Of a DNA stretch of 64,000 bases, positions 37,176-47,514 are shown one piece after another. A program made the position numbers and the translations under genes. Source of the DNA: Alphaproteobacteria bacterium (GTDB lineage: Bacteria; Pseudomonadota; Alphaproteobacteria; Rhizobiales; JAKIUO01); contig JAJRPI010000035.1 of NCBI GenBank assembly GCA_024280895.1, forward strand, positions 16,596-80,595. Reading direction: 5' to 3'. Below the pieces are notes generated by a model. That model saw only the letters and a list, made by a program, of their open reading frames with translations. It did no database searches and had not been told where the DNA came from. Position 1 is the stretch's first letter. Every line of letters starts with the position of its first letter.

Positions 37176-38453
37176 CTAAGACGCCGAACGCGCAATGGTG
37201 TTTTTATCGCGAAGATAGAGCCAGACCACCATGCCAAAACAGGCCACGACAAAGGGAATGAGCGTTATATTGATACCGCTCCAGCCGCCCCATTTCAATA
37301 TGGGGCCCGCCATCAGCGCCGCCACAGCCACGAAACCAAACACCACGATTTCATTAAACCCTTGTACCAGCCCGCGTTCCGAGGGGCGATAACACTGTGT
37401 CAACAAGGTGGTTGCCCCGACAAATGACAGGTTCCAGCCCAGCCCCAGCAAGCCCATGGCAATCGCAAAACGCGATAGCTCAAGGCCGCCAATAGCGACA
37501 GAACCAGCAACCCCCAACAGTACGAGACCCGTCAGCATAACGCGTTCAACGCCAAACCGATTGATCAGCTGTCCGGTGAAAAATCCTGGTAAATACATGG
37601 CAAGCAGATGGATTTGAATGACAGTGGCGGCCTCGCCAACCGAATGATTGCATGCGATCATGGCAATAGGCACGGCGGTCATACCAAACATCATGACGCC
37701 ATGCGAGATGGTGCCGCTCAAAAGGGCGATCTTGATTTTGCTGCCGCGCAATATCTCGCGCAACGGCCTTGGCGCTTCACCGCTGCGATTGTCATAGCGG
37801 TGCACCGGTGAATGAGGCACATCGACAAAATACAGCACCACCATCGAAACAATGGCCAGCACCGAGGCACCAAGAAATGCTCCTGCATAAAAGGCCGGGG
37901 CGAGCAGGTCTTTGGTCTCCAGCACAAATGTTGCGCCAAGCAAAGCGGAGGCAAGCCCCCCCAGCATCACCCAGGACACCGCCTTGGGGCGTATGCTGGC
38001 GCGCCCCGTATCAGCGGCTGCAAAACGGTAAAAATTGGCGAAAGCCTGATAAAATCCGGTAAATGCTGCGCTGACACAAAACAGGGTGAAGCTTTGCTGA
38101 TAGATGGCATAAACACCGATCAAGCCGCCAATAAAGCCAAGCTCTGCTCCCACCAGAAATCCGGCGCGGCGGCCAAAGCGCTGCATGATGATAGAAGCTG
38201 GAAACAGCATCAATAGCGAACCGATGGAATAGGCGGCAATCGGCAGGGTGGCCAGTTCATCGCGCCCTGACAATATCTGTCCGATAATGCCGCCAAGGGT
38301 CATCAGCACCACCGCGCCAAGCCCGTTCAGCCCATTGGCGATGGCAAGGATCACCGCATTACGGCGCGCCCGTGCATCATCAAGCTCGATGATCACCTCG
38401 CCATTTTCAAGTGAGCTTTGCAAAGCATCGCCGCACGCGCCATTACAGAACAT
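37176..38453 (-). CDS. MFS transporter
   Basis: 425 aa with ~12 TM helices and an MFS-like loop motif (MQRFGRRAGF). Confidence 0.8.
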   Translation of the reverse strand: MFCNGACGDALQSSLENGEVIIELDDARARRNAVILAIANGLNGLGAVVLMTLGGIIGQILSGRDELATLPIAAYSIGSLLMLFPASIIMQRFGRRAGFLVGAELGFIGGLIGVYAIYQQSFTLFCVSAAFTGFYQAFANFYRFAAADTGRASIRPKAVSWVMLGGLASALLGATFVLETKDLLAPAFYAGAFLGASVLAIVSMVVLYFVDVPHSPVHRYDNRSGEAPRPLREILRGSKIKIALLSGTISHGVMMFGMTAVPIAMIACNHSVGEAATVIQIHLLAMYLPGFFTGQLINRFGVERVMLTGLVLLGVAGSVAIGGLELSRFAIAMGLLGLGWNLSFVGATTLLTQCYRPSERGLVQGFNEIVVFGFVAVAALMAGPILKWGGWSGINITLIPFVVACFGMVVWLYLRDKNTIARSAS

Positions 38454-38480
38454 TATTCACTCCAATTGTGGATGCAGCCT

Positions 38481-38567
38481 GTAGGGTGCAATGAATTGCA
38501 CCTTGGGCCAAAACACAAACACGTTCATTGGCCGATAAACCAATCGGCGCAATAAATTGCGCCCTAC
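38481..38567. repeat. GTAGGGTG-type hairpin pair in the MFS-thiL intergenic region
   Basis: gtaggg-tgcaat-ga-attgca-cc (38481-38502) and gg-cgcaat-aa-attgcg-ccctac (38546-38567). Each is a local hairpin, and the outer gtaggg/ccctac can pair. Confidence 0.75.
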
Positions 38568-38569
38568 AT

Positions 38570-39568
38570 TTAACGTTCAATATCACCAAAATGATCATAA
38601 GCGCTTTGAGCTAGCTCAAGCGGTTGCCCATCAGCATCAAGAACCTTGATGCTGTCTTGACGCTCACCAATCAATCCGATGCGCATCACATTTACCGCCT
38701 CTTGCTCGAATTTCTCAGCCAGCGCCGCTGGGACGACTGCCAGCACTTCATAATCATCACCCCCGGTCAAAATAGTTTCCAACAGATCCGGTTCTTGCGC
38801 AAGGGCGCTGATAGCCGCATCAGACAGGGGCACCCTCGCCGCCTCAATGGTGCCGCCAACATGGGAAGCCGCGCATAATTTGGAAAAATCGCCGACCAAC
38901 CCGTCTGATACATCTAGGGCAGCACTGGCGTATGTAGCCACATTGGCGGCCAATTCGACGCGTGGCTGGGGCTGCAAATAGCGCTCGCGTAAATGCTCGA
39001 CCTGCCTACTCGTCAATGTTGTTTTGGCGAGCAATTCGCCATTGGTTCGCAATAAAAGCCCAAGCGCCGCATCGCCGATTGTGCCGCTGACAAATACCAC
39101 ATCTCCCGGTCTTGCCCCTTTGCGCCTGACCATTTTGCCAGTTGTAACTTTGCCCAGCAGCGTGATGGAAATCATCAAGGGACCACTTGTGGCAACCGTA
39201 TCCCCGCCAATCAACTGGCAGCCATATTCGCTCTGCGCGTCGCCAAGACCGCTGGCAAATTCTTGCAGCCAGTTTGGTTCGATATTTTTGGGCAAGGCGA
39301 TGGTCAACACATAGCTGTCAGGATGGCCGCCCTTGGCGACAATATCGGAGACATTGACCGCCAGTGCCTTATGAGCGATTGAATGTGCAGGATCATCGGC
39401 GAAAAAATGTACACCGGCAACCAGCGCATCTGTGGTGACCAGTAATTGGTGGTCTTTTGTGGGGGGCAATATTGCCGTGTCATCCAACAGGCCAAAAGCT
39501 GGCGCTGCCTCACTTGGGGAGCAGAGCGGCGCAAAATAGCGATTTATGAGATCATGTTCTTTGGTCAT
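38570..39568 (-). CDS. thiL: thiamine-phosphate kinase
   Basis: AIR-synthase-like fold motifs (LLDDTAIL, TTDALVAGVHF, GGDTV). Overlaps the nusB stop. Confidence 0.9.
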   Translation of the reverse strand: MTKEHDLINRYFAPLCSPSEAAPAFGLLDDTAILPPTKDHQLLVTTDALVAGVHFFADDPAHSIAHKALAVNVSDIVAKGGHPDSYVLTIALPKNIEPNWLQEFASGLGDAQSEYGCQLIGGDTVATSGPLMISITLLGKVTTGKMVRRKGARPGDVVFVSGTIGDAALGLLLRTNGELLAKTTLTSRQVEHLRERYLQPQPRVELAANVATYASAALDVSDGLVGDFSKLCAASHVGGTIEAARVPLSDAAISALAQEPDLLETILTGGDDYEVLAVVPAALAEKFEQEAVNVMRIGLIGERQDSIKVLDADGQPLELAQSAYDHFGDIER

Positions 39569-40086
39569 CAGCCTGCTTTTTGCGGTTTTTGCCCCAACTC
39601 TTTGGGCCGCAAATGTTTGGCGAGACTATCGAGCACGCCATTGACGACTTTGGGTTCGTCGCCCTCGAAAAAGGCGCGAGCAATATCAATATATTCGTTC
39701 AGCACGACACGCACTGGCACATCGTGGCGCTCGCGCAATTCAAAAGCGGCGCTACGCAAAATGGCCCGCAAAATACTGTCGATACGCACCAGACGCCACC
39801 CCGTCGCCAAACGCTCGTCAAGCAAGGGATCAATGTCTCTTTGATGCTCAACGACGCCGCGAATAATCGCTTCGAAAAACTCGCCATCAGCGTCTTTGTA
39901 GTGATCGCCCTCAACCTCAGCGCCAAGCCGATGCTCGGAAAATTCTTTCACCACGTCATTAAGATCGGTGCCCGCAATATCCATTTGATATAGCGCTTGC
40001 ACAGCCCCAAGCCTTGCGGTGCTACGCGGGGTTGGGTCTTTTTTGGGCTTTTGCTTGCCCTTTGGTTTACCTTTTGGCTTGCTCAT
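39568..40086 (-). CDS. nusB: transcription antitermination factor NusB
   Basis: ARLGAVQALYQMDIAG...LRSAAFEL...VVLNEYIDIA pattern with a basic N-terminal extension. Confidence 0.93.
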   Translation of the reverse strand: MSKPKGKPKGKQKPKKDPTPRSTARLGAVQALYQMDIAGTDLNDVVKEFSEHRLGAEVEGDHYKDADGEFFEAIIRGVVEHQRDIDPLLDERLATGWRLVRIDSILRAILRSAAFELRERHDVPVRVVLNEYIDIARAFFEGDEPKVVNGVLDSLAKHLRPKELGQKPQKAG

Positions 40087-40571
40087 TTTTGTATGCTCGT
40101 CAAGATCGTCACCCGGTCCCGATTGATAAAATCATCACGATGGGCCAGTAGCGACAGGCAGGCGCGTACGGCATCGCCGCCTTTGTCCTTGCCATCAGAG
40201 GCGGCCCGAACCTTCCCCTGATCGCCTGTATCAACGGTTAAGATACCATTGCCAATGGGAATGCCTGATTCCATGCCGATTTTTACGAGGCCATGAGCCG
40301 ACTCCCCCGCCACAATATCATAGTGCGAGGTTTCACCACGAATAACGCAGCCAAGCGCCACGCAGCCCTGATGTTTCTGGCGTGCGCCAATTTGCTTGGC
40401 TTTCACCGCCAATGCAAGGGCAATGGGAATTTCGAGCGCGCCGGGCACATCAATGCGCTCATAGTCGCAGTCACGGCTTTTGAGCTCGTTAATGGCGCCC
40501 TTGACCAGTTCTTCAACGATCTCGCCATAATAGGGAGACACGATGAGCAGGACGCTTGGTTTGCAAGTCAT
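40083..40571 (-). CDS. ribH: 6,7-dimethyl-8-ribityllumazine synthase
   Basis: VPGALEIPIALA...ALGCVIRGETSHYDIV signature. Start ambiguous (40571 ATG or 40586 TTG). Confidence 0.9.
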   Translation of the reverse strand: MTCKPSVLLIVSPYYGEIVEELVKGAINELKSRDCDYERIDVPGALEIPIALALAVKAKQIGARQKHQGCVALGCVIRGETSHYDIVAGESAHGLVKIGMESGIPIGNGILTVDTGDQGKVRAASDGKDKGGDAVRACLSLLAHRDDFINRDRVTILTSIQK

Positions 40572-40598
40572 ATGAGGATCTTTCAATTCTTGTATCGC

Positions 40599-41726
40599 TT
40601 ATGAGGGAGTGAGTGCTCTGGTGCCCTTGATCGACAGACCATAGCCTTCAAGGCCAACGACTTTTGGCAAAGGGCTATCTGTTAACAACTCGATTTCCTT
40701 GACGCCAAGGTCGAGCAATATCTGCGCACCAACACCATATTCAATCAAGCGCTTAACCGGTTTATCCGATTTTTGAGCACGCAAATTGGCTGAGATCGCA
40801 TCGGCTTCCACTTCGCGGATGATCACCACGACACCGAATGGCTCATCGCCGATAATCGACATGGCTTTTTGAATATCGGAGCGCTTGGCGCCGCCAGCTC
40901 CCAGCAAATCCTTAGTGACATTGCAATGGTGCATGCGCACGGGGATGGGCTTGCTGGTGTCCAGCTCTCCTTTGACCAGCGCAAGATGTTCCGCTGGTTC
41001 CACCGTATTGGAATAGACCTTCATTTTGAACTCACCGCCAAATTCGCTGTCAATTGTGGTTTCTTCCACCACGCGCACGATGCTGTCATATTTGCGCCGA
41101 TACTCGATAAGGTCTGCAATGGTGCCGATTTTCAGACCGTGGCGCTTGGCAAAGGGGATAAGATCGTCGAGACGCGACATGGAGCCATCATCATTCATGA
41201 TCTCGCAGATCACACCAGAGGGATAGAGCCCGGCAAGGCGTGAAATATCAACGGCTGCTTCTGTATGACCAGCGCGCACCAACACGCCGCCCTCTCTGGC
41301 CACCAAAGGAAACACATGTCCAGGTTTTACGATGTCCTGATGATCCTTGGTGGGGTCAATGGCAACTGCAATCGTGTGGGAGCGATCATGGGCCGAAATG
41401 CCAGTGGTCACACCTTCGCGCGCTTCAATACTGACCGTAAAGGCCGTTTGCAGACGCTCTTGATTGTGCCGCACCATCATTTCAAGGCCAAGCTGTTCGG
41501 CGCGCTCGGCGGTCAGCGACATGCAAACAAGGCCGCGTCCGTGCATGACCATGTAGTTAATGGCCTCTGGTGTAGCCATTTGCGATGGGATGATCAAATC
41601 ACCCTCATTTTCCCGGTCTTCCGCATCAACAAGGATGAACATCTTGCCATTGCGGGCATCTTCGATAATTTCCTCAATGGGAGATATTGCGCTTTGAGTC
41701 ATTTTTTTGCTTTCGGCACCGTTCAT
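40599..41726 (-). CDS. ribBA: bifunctional 3,4-dihydroxy-2-butanone-4-phosphate synthase / GTP cyclohydrolase II-like protein
   Basis: DHBP synthase motifs (VDAEDRENEGDLI, RAGHTEAAVDI) plus a C-terminal RibA-like domain. Confidence 0.93.
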   Translation of the reverse strand: MNGAESKKMTQSAISPIEEIIEDARNGKMFILVDAEDRENEGDLIIPSQMATPEAINYMVMHGRGLVCMSLTAERAEQLGLEMMVRHNQERLQTAFTVSIEAREGVTTGISAHDRSHTIAVAIDPTKDHQDIVKPGHVFPLVAREGGVLVRAGHTEAAVDISRLAGLYPSGVICEIMNDDGSMSRLDDLIPFAKRHGLKIGTIADLIEYRRKYDSIVRVVEETTIDSEFGGEFKMKVYSNTVEPAEHLALVKGELDTSKPIPVRMHHCNVTKDLLGAGGAKRSDIQKAMSIIGDEPFGVVVIIREVEADAISANLRAQKSDKPVKRLIEYGVGAQILLDLGVKEIELLTDSPLPKVVGLEGYGLSIKGTRALTPS

Positions 41727-42331
41727 GGTCGCTCCAGATGTTCCATATCGTTCAGCCGTGCAACATAGCGTGCCAGCAGGTCAATTTCCAGATTTATCTT
41801 GTCACCGGCTTTCAGCTCATTCCAGTTTGTCACGTGCAAGGTGTGGGGTATAAGGCAAATACCAAAGCTTCTATTCGTGACTTCATTGACGGTCAGCGAG
41901 GTGCCGTTTAACGCAACAGAACCTTTGGCCGCAATATAGCGCGCTAATTCAGGGGGCATTTCGATAGTGAAACGCTCAGAGCTACCCTCCATTTCACGCG
42001 ATTTCAAAGTGCCAAGCCCATCCACATGGCCGGTCATCATATGCCCGCCAAGTTCTGCGCCAAGACCAAGTGCGCGCTCCAGATTGATCCGATGGCCGGG
42101 CTGCCATGCGCCCAACGTCGTCACGCCAAGAGTTTCGGGGCCGATATCAACTCCATATATGCAGCCACCACCAGTGACCGGTTCAATATCCGTCACCGTC
42201 AGACAGCAGCCATCATGAGCAATCGAGGCGCCAATATCGATGGTTGCAGGATCATAGCTGGAGCGGATGCGCATATGCCCACCGCTCAGTTCATGCAGCT
42301 TGCCCACATCTGTGATAATACCAGTAAACAC
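41723..42331 (-). CDS. ribE: riboflavin synthase
   Basis: MFTGIITDVG...GASIAHDGCCLTV and the duplicated lumazine-binding repeat (GSVALNGTSLTV). Confidence 0.93.
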   Translation of the reverse strand: MFTGIITDVGKLHELSGGHMRIRSSYDPATIDIGASIAHDGCCLTVTDIEPVTGGGCIYGVDIGPETLGVTTLGAWQPGHRINLERALGLGAELGGHMMTGHVDGLGTLKSREMEGSSERFTIEMPPELARYIAAKGSVALNGTSLTVNEVTNRSFGICLIPHTLHVTNWNELKAGDKINLEIDLLARYVARLNDMEHLERP

Positions 42332-43393
42332 TCAAATCGCCTTCATACTTTGTCTGTTGCGGTAGCTCATCATCTTATCGCCGCCCGCCATCCGCTGGTC
42401 AACCTTTTCAAAGTCTGCGCTTTGCTCAATGAGCTCCAGCCCCTGATCGACGAAGGGCTTTAATCCACCAGACCCCACATCTTTGGACCCTTGAAAATGC
42501 ACGATTTCATCCACCAGCCCGGCGTCAAGAAAACTACGCCAGACATGAGGCCCGCCCTCGACCAGCACTCGCGTGACACCTTCATCTGCCGCATTGGCCA
42601 ACAAATCTGCAAGATTATCCGTTGATACAAGATCAAGCTTCCTGCCACTTTTTGAAACTTGCGCATCGCGAGGCAAGCTATTTTTGCGATCGAGCACGAT
42701 GATTTTAGGGCTGCGTTGCTCTAGCCCTGGAAGACGGCAGTCGAGGGAGGGGTCATCGGCCAGCACGGTACCAATGCCCACAAGTATAGCATCCGCGCGC
42801 GCGCGCAAAAGATGCCCTTGCGCGCGCGCTTGCGGTCCTGTCACCCAAACCGGTTCGCCATCTCCTGGCGCGATCAAGCCATCAAGTCCCGTGGCCAGCT
42901 TGAGTTGCACAAAAGGTCGGCTCCTTGTGACTTTCAATATGTGACCAAGGGTCAGCCAGTGCGCCTCGTTGGCAAGGACATTTTCAACCACGTTGATCCC
43001 CGCTTCACGCAGCTTTGCCAAGCCCTGCCCGGCCACCAGCTTATTGGGATCTTGCACACCGCAAACGACGCGCGCTATGCCAGCTTTTATCACCGCATCA
43101 GCACAGGGTGGAGTTTTGCCAATATGGGAACAAGGCTCAAGCGTCACATAAAGCGTCGCGCCTTTGGCCGCTTGCCCCGCGCGCTCAAGCGCCACCACCT
43201 CTGCATGGGGGCGACCACCTGGTTGCGTCCAGCCGCGACCAAGAACATGGCCAGTCTTGTCGATAATGACTGCTCCCACCGAAGGATTTGGTGCTGTTGT
43301 GCCCAATCCACGCCGGGCCATTGCAAGGGCCATCATCATGAATTGTTGGTCAATCTCATTCCCACGACTTGATGTTGCGGAACCACCCATCAA
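42332..43393 (-). CDS. ribD: bifunctional diaminohydroxyphosphoribosylaminopyrimidine deaminase / 5-amino-6-(5-phosphoribosylamino)uracil reductase
   Basis: Deaminase zinc motif HAEV...PCSH.GKTPPC and a reductase domain (VLVEGGP). Confidence 0.92.
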   Translation of the reverse strand: MMGGSATSSRGNEIDQQFMMMALAMARRGLGTTAPNPSVGAVIIDKTGHVLGRGWTQPGGRPHAEVVALERAGQAAKGATLYVTLEPCSHIGKTPPCADAVIKAGIARVVCGVQDPNKLVAGQGLAKLREAGINVVENVLANEAHWLTLGHILKVTRSRPFVQLKLATGLDGLIAPGDGEPVWVTGPQARAQGHLLRARADAILVGIGTVLADDPSLDCRLPGLEQRSPKIIVLDRKNSLPRDAQVSKSGRKLDLVSTDNLADLLANAADEGVTRVLVEGGPHVWRSFLDAGLVDEIVHFQGSKDVGSGGLKPFVDQGLELIEQSADFEKVDQRMAGGDKMMSYRNRQSMKAI

Positions 43394-43851
43394 TCATCAC
43401 CCTTAAGGGGAAGGTTAGCCAAAAAGCGGCTAAAATCATCAGTACCTTTAAAGTCATGATAGACGGACGCAAAACGCACAAAGGACACATCGTCGACATC
43501 CTTCAAGGTCTCCATGACCAGCAGGCCGATATGCTCGGTGGGGATTTCATCCTCGGCCCTTTTTTCGAGACGGCGGGTAATCTCGTCTACCAGTCGCTCG
43601 ATCGTCTGAATATCAACATCGCGCTTACGCGTGGCAATCGATATGGAGCGGACCAGTTTTTCGCGGTCGAACGCAAAGCGCTTGCCAGAGCGTTTTACGA
43701 CCACCAACTCGCGCAGCTGGATGCGTTCAAACGTCGTAAATCGAGCTTCACATTCCAGGCATTCACGGCGACGACGCACCACCGTATCATCTTCAGAGGG
43801 ACGGCTGTCCTTGACCTGCGTATTCCGTTCACCGCATTGGGGACAGCGCAT
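43390..43851 (-). CDS. nrdR: transcriptional repressor NrdR
   Basis: [17 protein letters not shown]...[17 protein letters not shown] zinc ribbon plus an ATP-cone. Confidence 0.95.
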   Translation of the reverse strand: MRCPQCGERNTQVKDSRPSEDDTVVRRRRECLECEARFTTFERIQLRELVVVKRSGKRFAFDREKLVRSISIATRKRDVDIQTIERLVDEITRRLEKRAEDEIPTEHIGLLVMETLKDVDDVSFVRFASVYHDFKGTDDFSRFLANLPLKGDD

Positions 43852-43872
43852 GTGGGTTATCGTTCCTCAAAA

Positions 43873-45171
43873 CTAAACGTAAGACAAATCGGAATAGATC
43901 GGAAAATCGGCACAAAGGGCTTTGGCCTTGGCCTTGACCGCCTCTTCTACCTGACCATTGCCGTCCTTGCCATGTTCTTTCAAGCCATCGAGCACTTCCA
44001 GAATAAGCGAACCGACCTGCGAAAATTCATTTTCTCCAAACCCTCTGGTCGTCGCAGCTGGCGAACCAAGGCGAATACCAGACGTCACAAAGGGTTTTTC
44101 GGGATCGAACGGCACGCCATTTTTATTGCAGGTGATATTCGCTCGCCCCAGCGCCTGCTCAGCTGCTTTTCCGGTAATACCCTTGGGACGCAGATCAACC
44201 AGAATAACATGAGTATCTGTACCGCCAGAGACCAGATCAAGTCCCCCCGCCACCAGTGTCTCCCCTAGCTTGCGCGCATTGTCTTTGACGCCTTGTGCAT
44301 ATGTCTTGAACGCAGGTGTCAGCGCCTCGCCAAAGGCGACAGCCTTGCCAGCAATGACGTGCATCAAGGGGCCACCTTGCAGGCCGGGGAAAATGGCCGA
44401 ATTAAACTTTTTGCCAAGATCGTCATTATTTGAAAGGATCATGCCACCACGCGGACCGCGCAGGGTCTTATGAGTGGTGGTGGTCACCACATCTGCGTGC
44501 GGCAAGGGGCTGGGGTGCAGACCAGCTGCCACTAACCCAGCAAAATGCGCCATATCCACCATGAAAAACGCCCCGACCTCGTCGGCAATCTTGCGAAAAC
44601 GCGCGAAATCGATTTCACGGGGATAAGCGGAACCACCGGCAATAATCAGCTGGGGCTTATGCTCACGCGCCAAGCTTTCCACCTCATCAAAATCGATCAG
44701 ATGGGTCTGCTTGTCGACGCCATATTGCACGGCATTGAACCACTTTCCCGACTGATTGGGACGCGCGCCATGAGTTAAATGCCCCCCTGCATCAAGGCTC
44801 ATCCCCAATATGGTATCGCCGGGCTTGATCATCGCCATCACAGCACCCTGATTGGCCTGCGATCCTGAATTTGGCTGCACATTTACATATGAGCAGCCGA
44901 ACAGTTCTTTGGCCCGGTCAATGGCCAGCGCCTCAGTCACATCCACATGCTGGCAACCACCATAATAGCGCCGCCCTGGATAACCTTCGGCATATTTGTT
45001 GGTGAGCACAGACCCTGCCGCCTCCAGCACCGCTCTTGAGACAATATTTTCCGACGCGATCAGCTCGATTTCTTCTTGTTGCCGGTGCAACTCATCATTG
45101 AGCGAAGCGGCAACTTCAGGGTCGCGTTCGTTGAGAGTTTCGCCAAAAAATGAAGTGAGGACTTTTGACAT
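43873..45171 (-). CDS. glyA: serine hydroxymethyltransferase
   Basis: [40 protein letters not shown] (PLP lysine). Confidence 0.97.
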   Translation of the reverse strand: MSKVLTSFFGETLNERDPEVAASLNDELHRQQEEIELIASENIVSRAVLEAAGSVLTNKYAEGYPGRRYYGGCQHVDVTEALAIDRAKELFGCSYVNVQPNSGSQANQGAVMAMIKPGDTILGMSLDAGGHLTHGARPNQSGKWFNAVQYGVDKQTHLIDFDEVESLAREHKPQLIIAGGSAYPREIDFARFRKIADEVGAFFMVDMAHFAGLVAAGLHPSPLPHADVVTTTTHKTLRGPRGGMILSNNDDLGKKFNSAIFPGLQGGPLMHVIAGKAVAFGEALTPAFKTYAQGVKDNARKLGETLVAGGLDLVSGGTDTHVILVDLRPKGITGKAAEQALGRANITCNKNGVPFDPEKPFVTSGIRLGSPAATTRGFGENEFSQVGSLILEVLDGLKEHGKDGNGQVEEAVKAKAKALCADFPIYSDLSYV

Positions 45172-45305
45172 AGGGGTTGATCCTTCGGTTTGAAATCTTC
45201 ATGGGCGACATGAAAGAGGGGCAACAGTAAATTTACATCCGCATTTGATCCTCCCATAACATGAAGAAACAGGGGCAACAAGACAAAGGATAGATAGAAA
45301 CTATT

Positions 45306-47099
45306 TCATATTTTTGAGGGGTTACTGTCAAACGCAACTCCGGCCTCTTGCAGATTTGCAATGATCTCGGAAAGCAATGGTTCGGAGAGTCCATAGTCAT
45401 GCAATAGCTTGCGCGGCTTTGTCAGGAATGATCTGTAATTTTCATTCAGTATTTTAACATTCTCGACGATATCTTTTTGCTTGCACAACTGCCCTGCAAG
45501 AATCAGCATAATTTCCCGTATTGCTACCTCGGGAACCAAGAGATAATGCTTTTTTGCAGTCCGATAAGAGTTGTTGCAATCCTGATTTCTATAGTAATAC
45601 CAAAAGGGTGTCTCCATATACCACGGGGGATGAGACGGATTAAGTCGGATGGCTTTTCTAGCAAATAAATATGCCTTATCCCACTGCCCAGATTGCTTGA
45701 GATTCCAACCCATATGAGCCAGGACATCTGCATGATATGGGTTGAGTTCAACTGCTTTTTTAATTGCTTTTTGTGATGCTTCCATATCACCTCTCAAATT
45801 CATCACAATGGCCAAACGACGGTAAATAAACGCATCTTCTGGATCCAGCATAATCGCTTTTCTAATCGCAATGAAAGCACGATCAAGCGCCGAGATACTG
45901 GTATCCTTTTTTGGATTGAATCCATGCCGATACTCGTCCACATGCATCCAGGACAAAGCTGCCCAGCTTTGAGCATGATTAGGCGTTTTTGCAATATTCA
46001 TTTCCAGACATTTTCTCACTTCCAGATGTTTTTTCTCCGTTTCCCGTGTCGCATATTTATAGAAATGCAAGATACATTGGTAAGCATTGAAGTCTTGTGG
46101 CTTTATCTGACTATTCAAGGCACTTTCCATCCGATGGATCACACCAAAAGGCTGACCTAATTGTCCAGCGGTCGAAGCTGCTATATTGATCTGGATTGCG
46201 TGTAGATTGTCACCTGAAAGTTGTCTTTCAAAATGTTTCGACCAAACAATCCGCCCTGTATCCGTCATCATCAAAAAGGCAGAAACGGTCAATTTTTTTT
46301 CCTCCACCGCGAAATCGCCAAGCAACGAATAAGTCGCCCCCAGCTTTCGAGCCGTACGAAGCCGTTCTTCAACCTCGTCATCCCGACCCAATGTGGTATC
46401 TGGAGCATAAACAAAAAGCTCTCTGAAACGGGTTAGAGATTCAATAATATGAGCTGGCAACCCCCGAATGAGCAGATCATATTTCTTATTGCCTGTCCCA
46501 TTTGCAAAAGGTAAAACGGCAATAGAAGGCCCGCGCGGCATACGATAATTTTCGCGCTTCATAACGGTCTTTTGCGGAGGTTCTTTAATCGTTGGCAGCA
46601 AGCTCGAAGATAGCCATGAAAATAACAGCATCGCCCCTAAAGCGGCGGCGAACGGATAGGGCTTGCTGGCGACCCAACCCTTGATACTCTGCCAAAGGAG
46701 GCTTGCGGCATCCGCCACCTGAGAAGCGTGCTGTTCATTATCGAAACGGCCCCCCACGCGATATGCTGGCACATATCGCCCCTTTGGAATTTCAATAATG
46801 ATCTGTTCTTCTTTGCCATGTGTCAGATAATAGTGCTCCAGCATGCGCCGCAAGCGCACCATCTGCACCCGCACTATTGTGTCCGTATCCGGATCAAAAC
46901 TCTTGCCTTTTTCAAACACATCAAGGCCTATATTATAGCCCTTGAGATCATCTTCTTCGCCTGCCAACTGCCTGGTTACGAGATGCTCAAGCAATTGCCG
47001 AAGCCGATAGGCTTTTTCAAACTCCACAGAAGAGGTAATGCGAGCCAAAGCATCCGAAATTTCTTCGCTATTGAAATCGCAATGTTTTTGGGGGTCCAT
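45306..47099 (-). CDS. membrane protein with an N-terminal CadC/OmpR-like winged-helix-related domain, a TolB-N-like region and C-terminal TPRs
   Basis: The N-terminus has LKGYNIGLDVFEKGKSFDPDTDTIVRVQMVRLRRMLEHYY....IEIPKGRYVPAY. There is one TM and TPR-like repeats in the C-terminal half. The gene is visibly AT-richer than its neighbours. Confidence 0.6.
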   Translation of the reverse strand: MDPQKHCDFNSEEISDALARITSSVEFEKAYRLRQLLEHLVTRQLAGEEDDLKGYNIGLDVFEKGKSFDPDTDTIVRVQMVRLRRMLEHYYLTHGKEEQIIIEIPKGRYVPAYRVGGRFDNEQHASQVADAASLLWQSIKGWVASKPYPFAAALGAMLLFSWLSSSLLPTIKEPPQKTVMKRENYRMPRGPSIAVLPFANGTGNKKYDLLIRGLPAHIIESLTRFRELFVYAPDTTLGRDDEVEERLRTARKLGATYSLLGDFAVEEKKLTVSAFLMMTDTGRIVWSKHFERQLSGDNLHAIQINIAASTAGQLGQPFGVIHRMESALNSQIKPQDFNAYQCILHFYKYATRETEKKHLEVRKCLEMNIAKTPNHAQSWAALSWMHVDEYRHGFNPKKDTSISALDRAFIAIRKAIMLDPEDAFIYRRLAIVMNLRGDMEASQKAIKKAVELNPYHADVLAHMGWNLKQSGQWDKAYLFARKAIRLNPSHPPWYMETPFWYYYRNQDCNNSYRTAKKHYLLVPEVAIREIMLILAGQLCKQKDIVENVKILNENYRSFLTKPRKLLHDYGLSEPLLSEIIANLQEAGVAFDSNPSKI

Positions 47100-47514
47100 A
47101 AGCCTGACGCTCGATTATAAGTTAAAAATCTGCACGATTACCAACCGTGACACTCTTATACTCCAAGAGATAATGATCCATTATGGTCATAACAAATCGC
47201 ATGAATACGTATATACAGATAGGTACCGAATTCAGGATAAATTATTAGTATTTCCAAATACATATTTTCATCGCGCCGGTCGATACTAAGAATGTCGCTC
47301 CGTATGCGTGCTAATAAATTACAATAGCGAAAATAATAACAAGTAATCACTGGCAATAAATCATGCTCAAATGCCGATCGTCATAAGGTGTCTTGTATAG
47401 CGAGACGTTATCCTCTTACACATTATTTAATCCTTACCATAAATTTATTTAAATTAGAAGCGATCGCTTCCACAGTGTCTCTTTTACACAACCACCAAAC
47501 GCTTTGTTGGCTCC

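Noticed and set aside
40083-43851. FMN riboswitch ahead of the riboflavin genes
   Set aside because: ribD overlaps nrdR and the rib genes are translationally coupled or closely spaced, leaving no leader long enough. No FMN-element-like sequence was seen in the 12-nt ribH-ribBA gap.
43369-44268. 299-aa plus-strand ORF spanning the nrdR-glyA junction
   Set aside because: It is antisense to two highly conserved genes and has no motif content.
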